Assembly (NCBI GenBank): GCA_041747555.1
Contig: JBGTEY010000013.1
Coordinates: forward strand, 208,814 to 272,813
Reading direction: 5' to 3'
DNA: 64,000 bases
From: Patescibacteria group bacterium
GTDB lineage: Bacteria > Patescibacteriota > Microgenomatia > UBA1400 > PJMF01
Within the stretch, counting starts at the first letter, position 1. Each line of letters opens with the position of its first letter. The notes below the pieces were generated by a model, which saw nothing but the letters and a program-made list of their open reading frames with translations, did no database searches and had not been told where the DNA came from. Of the stretch, positions 60,510 through 64,000 are shown one piece after another. The position numbers were made by a program, and so were the translations under genes.

Positions 60510-60710
60510 TTATTTATTCGGCATAATTAAGGCGATAGCAATATACGCTATAACACCTGGAAAAAATCCTGAGAACACTGTCAAAACCACATATCCAACT
60601 CGCAATAACGTTGGATCAATTTCAAAATACTCACCAAGTCCACCGATTGCACCCGTGAGACTGCGATTTGTTATGGATTTATAGAGGGTTTTAGATTTTT
60701 TTTCTTTCAT
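60510..60710 (-). CDS. PspC domain protein
   Basis: LYKS..NR.LTGAIGGLGEYFEIDPTLLR...YIAIALIMP. Confidence 0.92.
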   Translation of the reverse strand: MKEKKSKTLYKSITNRSLTGAIGGLGEYFEIDPTLLRVGYVVLTVFSGFFPGVIAYIAIALIMPNK

Positions 60711-60817
60711 AAGGTAAGTATAGCAAATTACCTCAATTTTTACAGATGAGTCAACTAAAAATAAAATAGTTAATCTGTGTCCGCTCAAAAAAAATGATTT
60801 GATATACTGGAGCTAGT

Positions 60818-61588
60818 ATGACCGACCGAAAATCAATCATCATCCAGGCCGCTCGCAAAGCAGGTGAAGCAGTAAAAAACTCCATTCCCACGGCTGGCGT
60901 GATCCAAAAAGAAGGCAGAGCAAACATCGTCACCGCCGCAGACTTGGCAAGTGAAAAAATAATCATGGATCTTTTGCAATCAAATTTTCCCGATGAACCA
61001 ATTCTTTCTGAAGAGACTGAATACGATCTAGGTGATGTACTTGCCTTGGAAAAATTATGGGTAATTGATCCAATCGATGGAACAAATAATTTTCGTTATC
61101 AACGTAATTATTCCTGTGTTTCAATTGGCTATCTAGAACTAGGCATCCCAAAAATGGGGGCAGTATACGATCCTCTTCATGACGAACTTTTTTTTGCAGA
61201 AAAAGGAAATGGCGCATTCGTTAATGAGCAAAAGATATCAGTAAGCACAGAACAAACTTTAAGCGCTGCAACGGTTGCCACAGATAATTCATACAACCCT
61301 GCCGGCACACGTCGCAATCTGGAAACACTCCTCAACATTAACCCATCGCCCTGGACACTTATGAAGGGCAGTGCTGTGCTCACCATGTGCGAAATCGCTG
61401 CTGGTAGGATTGACCTGTATTTTCATACTGCACTCAAACCTTGGGATAAAGCCGCTGCATTTTTAATTATTGAAGAAGCTGGGGGTATTATCGCGACATA
61501 CGATGGTAGTGCTGTCACAATTTTATCAACAGATCTAGTAATGGGGAATGAAATACTCGTCAAGGAATTCTTGCAACAACTTTCATGA
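60818..61588 (+). CDS. suhB: Inositol monophosphatase family protein
   Basis: VTAAD, LSEE, WVIDPIDGTNNF, PWDKAA...EAGG. Confidence 0.9.
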   Translation: MTDRKSIIIQAARKAGEAVKNSIPTAGVIQKEGRANIVTAADLASEKIIMDLLQSNFPDEPILSEETEYDLGDVLALEKLWVIDPIDGTNNFRYQRNYSCVSIGYLELGIPKMGAVYDPLHDELFFAEKGNGAFVNEQKISVSTEQTLSAATVATDNSYNPAGTRRNLETLLNINPSPWTLMKGSAVLTMCEIAAGRIDLYFHTALKPWDKAAAFLIIEEAGGIIATYDGSAVTILSTDLVMGNEILVKEFLQQLS

Positions 61589-62526
61589 CCAAAGGTATCC
61601 ACCACATCACCGCCATCGCCTCAAACGCACAAAAAACGGTTGATTTTTACACAAAAATTCTCGGACTCAGACTCGTCAAAAAATCGGTAAATCAAGATGA
61701 CACACAAACGTATCATTTATTTTTTGGTGATAGGTTAGGAGATCCGGGCATGGATTTGACTTTTTTTATCTTTTTGCCAGCAATGCAAGGTGTGCAAGGA
61801 AGTGGAATGGTATCTAAAATTTCGCTTGCTGCACCAGAGGATTCTCTAGAATTTTGGCAAAAAAGATTTGAAGAACATGGCATTGAGCATCATGCACCAG
61901 TCACACAATTTGGGCATGACCGGATTATTTTTTTTGACGCTGACAGCCAACAACTGGAGCTGGTAGGCGCCAACAAAGATTCCTTGGAGGACACTGGGGA
62001 AGTCTGGACCACTAAAGATATTTCAGATCGTGAGGCAATTCGGCAATTTCATTCTGCGACACTCACCGTGGCAAATTTGGCAAGTGTCGCTCCAGTGTTG
62101 ACAGAGGTGTTTGGGTATGAACACTTAGATCAAGACAAAAACCGACATTTGTTTCGAACATTTTCAAAACGCGCATCCATACTCGAGGTGAATGAAGACC
62201 CGTCATTACAACCAGGAATTGGTGCAGCGGGCACAGTGCATCATATTGCGTTTCGAGCTCGAGATGAGAAACATCAACTAGAGCTCCGAGAAAAAGTGAT
62301 TGAGATTGGACTCTATCCTACAGAGGTTATAAACCGTTATTACTTCAAATCAGTCTATTTTCGAACGCCGGCAGGTATTTTATTTGAAATTGCCACCGAT
62401 GGGCCAGGATTCACGACTGATCAAAAAGAGTCACAGCTTGGAACGGTGTTATCACTTCCACCATTTTTGGAGTCAGAACGCGACAGCATTGAAGCAAACT
62501 TAGAGCCCATTTCATATGAAGTTTGA
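61585..62526 (+). CDS. Ring-cleaving dioxygenase / VOC protein (MhqA/E/O-like)
   Basis: GIHHITAI, LGLRLVKKSVNQDD..TYHLFFGD, GTVHHIAFRA, RYYFKSVYFR.P.GILFEIATDGPGF. Confidence 0.93.
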   Translation: MTKGIHHITAIASNAQKTVDFYTKILGLRLVKKSVNQDDTQTYHLFFGDRLGDPGMDLTFFIFLPAMQGVQGSGMVSKISLAAPEDSLEFWQKRFEEHGIEHHAPVTQFGHDRIIFFDADSQQLELVGANKDSLEDTGEVWTTKDISDREAIRQFHSATLTVANLASVAPVLTEVFGYEHLDQDKNRHLFRTFSKRASILEVNEDPSLQPGIGAAGTVHHIAFRARDEKHQLELREKVIEIGLYPTEVINRYYFKSVYFRTPAGILFEIATDGPGFTTDQKESQLGTVLSLPPFLESERDSIEANLEPISYEV

Positions 62527-63112
62527 TCATACATTTATTGACAATCAGGCCGCTAAAACGCTGGTGCTATTGCATGGCACAGGTGGAGGACTGTCTGATT
62601 TTTTATTTCTTAATGATCACGTTCAGGACTCGTACAACCTTTTGGCGCTCAAAGGGAATATTTCTGAAGATGGCATGGCGCGGTTTTTTAGAAGACTGTC
62701 CCCAGGGGTTTTTGATCAAGAAAATATTAAAGCAGAGGCTAAGAAACTGCAGGAATTCATTTCAGAATGGTGCAAAATTCATAAAACTGAGGTGACCGAT
62801 CTGGTTTTTCTTGGATACTCAAACGGCGCTAACATGATCTTGGCAACGCTGTTTTATTTTCCAGAAAAAATTCGCACAGCCGTGTTATTACACCCGATGG
62901 TGCCGTTTGTTCCAGAAAATATATCACTTGCGGAACAAGAACTTTTTCTCACCTTTGGTGACAGGGATCCAATGGTATCTGATCAAGAGAAGAAAAAGCT
63001 ACTTGAAATCTTAGAAAAAGTTGGCGCATCCCCAATCGTGCAAAATTATCCCGGCGGTCACCAAATTTCAAGCCAAGAACTGCAAGATGTTCTTAATTTT
63101 CTGATGAAATAA
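62516..63112 (+). CDS. Alpha/beta hydrolase (MhqD-like carboxylesterase)
   Basis: LLHGTGG, RFFRR...GVFD, GYSNGAN, G..DP, GGH. Confidence 0.92.
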   Translation: MKFDHTFIDNQAAKTLVLLHGTGGGLSDFLFLNDHVQDSYNLLALKGNISEDGMARFFRRLSPGVFDQENIKAEAKKLQEFISEWCKIHKTEVTDLVFLGYSNGANMILATLFYFPEKIRTAVLLHPMVPFVPENISLAEQELFLTFGDRDPMVSDQEKKKLLEILEKVGASPIVQNYPGGHQISSQELQDVLNFLMK

Positions 63113-63524
63113 TCGTCAATGGATCAGTATTGTAATCCGTGTACCTCCACCAAGTCGGAGAAAATGCTAGAAATAGTGTCTCTGGATCATCCTTGTATTT
63201 TTCGGAATTGGGGTGTTTTGAATAATGGATGGCGTGAGCTTTTTTAAGCACGGCATCGTCTGAAACTGCGGTCACTTCACCGTCCATTTGCAGTGTTACC
63301 CATTCTTCCTCACTAAAGCCAATGACAACCGAACCCATAACTGATTCGCCGTTGAGTATACCTTGGCATTTTCTGCTGGATTTTTCTGTTGAGAAATAGA
63401 GCGTGAGCGGATCTTCTGTGTGGGAGTAGTGGAGTGCTGCGGCGTGTGGCGTACCATCGGGGAGGAGGGTGGTGAGTGAGCAGACGCGGTGGGTGGTGAG
63501 GAATTGGGCTAGTTTTTCTTTCAT
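63093..63524 (-). CDS. Pyridoxamine 5'-phosphate oxidase-like FMN-binding protein
   Basis: CSLTT..DGTPHAA, LYFST..SSRK, TLQMDG, PTWWRYTD. Confidence 0.85.
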   Translation of the reverse strand: MKEKLAQFLTTHRVCSLTTLLPDGTPHAAALHYSHTEDPLTLYFSTEKSSRKCQGILNGESVMGSVVIGFSEEEWVTLQMDGEVTAVSDDAVLKKAHAIHYSKHPNSEKYKDDPETLFLAFSPTWWRYTDYNTDPLTIISSEN

Positions 63525-63580
63525 AGGTCCTGATGCAGACTGTTAGTTACCATATTAAGCGGAGCGTTTGTTAGTGTAAT

Positions 63581-63727
63581 TTATCGCAGCTCAGCAAACA
63601 AATCAACCATATACCCATCAGGATCACACACCACCGCATACCGCTGTCCCCAAAATGCATCCCAAGGTTTTTTGGTCACGGTAAATCCTGCGTCTGCGAT
63701 TTTTTGTGCTACGGCGTCAATTTTCAT
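63581..63727 (-). pseudogene. VOC/glyoxalase remnant (48 aa)
   Basis: MKIDAVAQKIADAGFTVTKKPWDAFWGQRYAVVCDPDGYMVDLFAELR: C-terminal VOC motif joined directly to a start. Confidence 0.75.
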
Positions 63728-63728
63728 A

Positions 63729-64000
63729 CTATTGTATCCTTGAGTTTCTTAAATATTGCTCCCTGTAGACAAGTATATCAATATTATCAAAGGTGGCTTG
63801 ATTAAGATTCCACTCAAACATTTTTACAAGGTCATTGTTTCGCTCCTCAGTATTCAAGACATGGGAATGCACTTCGAAACCAGCTTCGTGAAGTGCATAA
63901 ACAAGATTACCCTGACCAAAGAGCTTTAATATGTTGAGTGAAACATGAAGCCTGTCAGCATTAGATAATTTTCCCCAGCCGATTAGTTTTTGCGCTACCA
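63729..64000 (-). CDS. Hypothetical protein, 3' end only (truncated by window)
   Basis: 89 open codons (VAQKLIGWG...YLRNSRIQ*) ending at TAG 63729-63731. Confidence 0.55.
   Translation of the reverse strand, partial: VAQKLIGWGKLSNADRLHVSLNILKLFGQGNLVYALHEAGFEVHSHVLNTEERNNDLVKMFEWNLNQATFDNIDILVYREQYLRNSRIQ

Overview
Bacterial chromosomal segment in the standard genetic code. It is probably Patescibacteria/CPR (Microgenomates-like), inferred from the split transketolase, truncated ATP synthase delta, short ProRS, Fe-S-less MutY, archaeal-type PPAT-DUF359 fusion, divergent enolase/pyruvate kinase and very compact intergenic spaces. The left 26 kb is mostly housekeeping: tkt halves, mutM, complete atpBEFHAGDC, greA, lysS, serS, secA, prs, proS, rpsU and pyk. 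The rest mixes core genes (eno, efp-epmA, mutY, rarA, recQ, elp3) with accessory islets that follow tRNA genes and contain several eroded genes. Seven tRNAs are present. No rRNA, CRISPR array, integrase or transposase was seen. Most notable observations: (1) elp3 sits head-to-head, 23 bp apart, with a Trm9/ALKBH8-like methyltransferase, suggesting a eukaryote/archaea-style cm5U->mcm5U wobble modification module; (2) a complete T-box riboswitch with an apparently shortened Stem I and a Ser (AGU) specifier precedes serS; (3) a ~62-bp element with paired parS-like CGTGGAA boxes occurs twice; (4) leaderless promoters are widespread; (5) LysRS is fused to an HD hydrolase; (6) an RpoD-like sigma has lost its promoter-melting residues. 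All calls come from manual motif recognition; no database searches were run.
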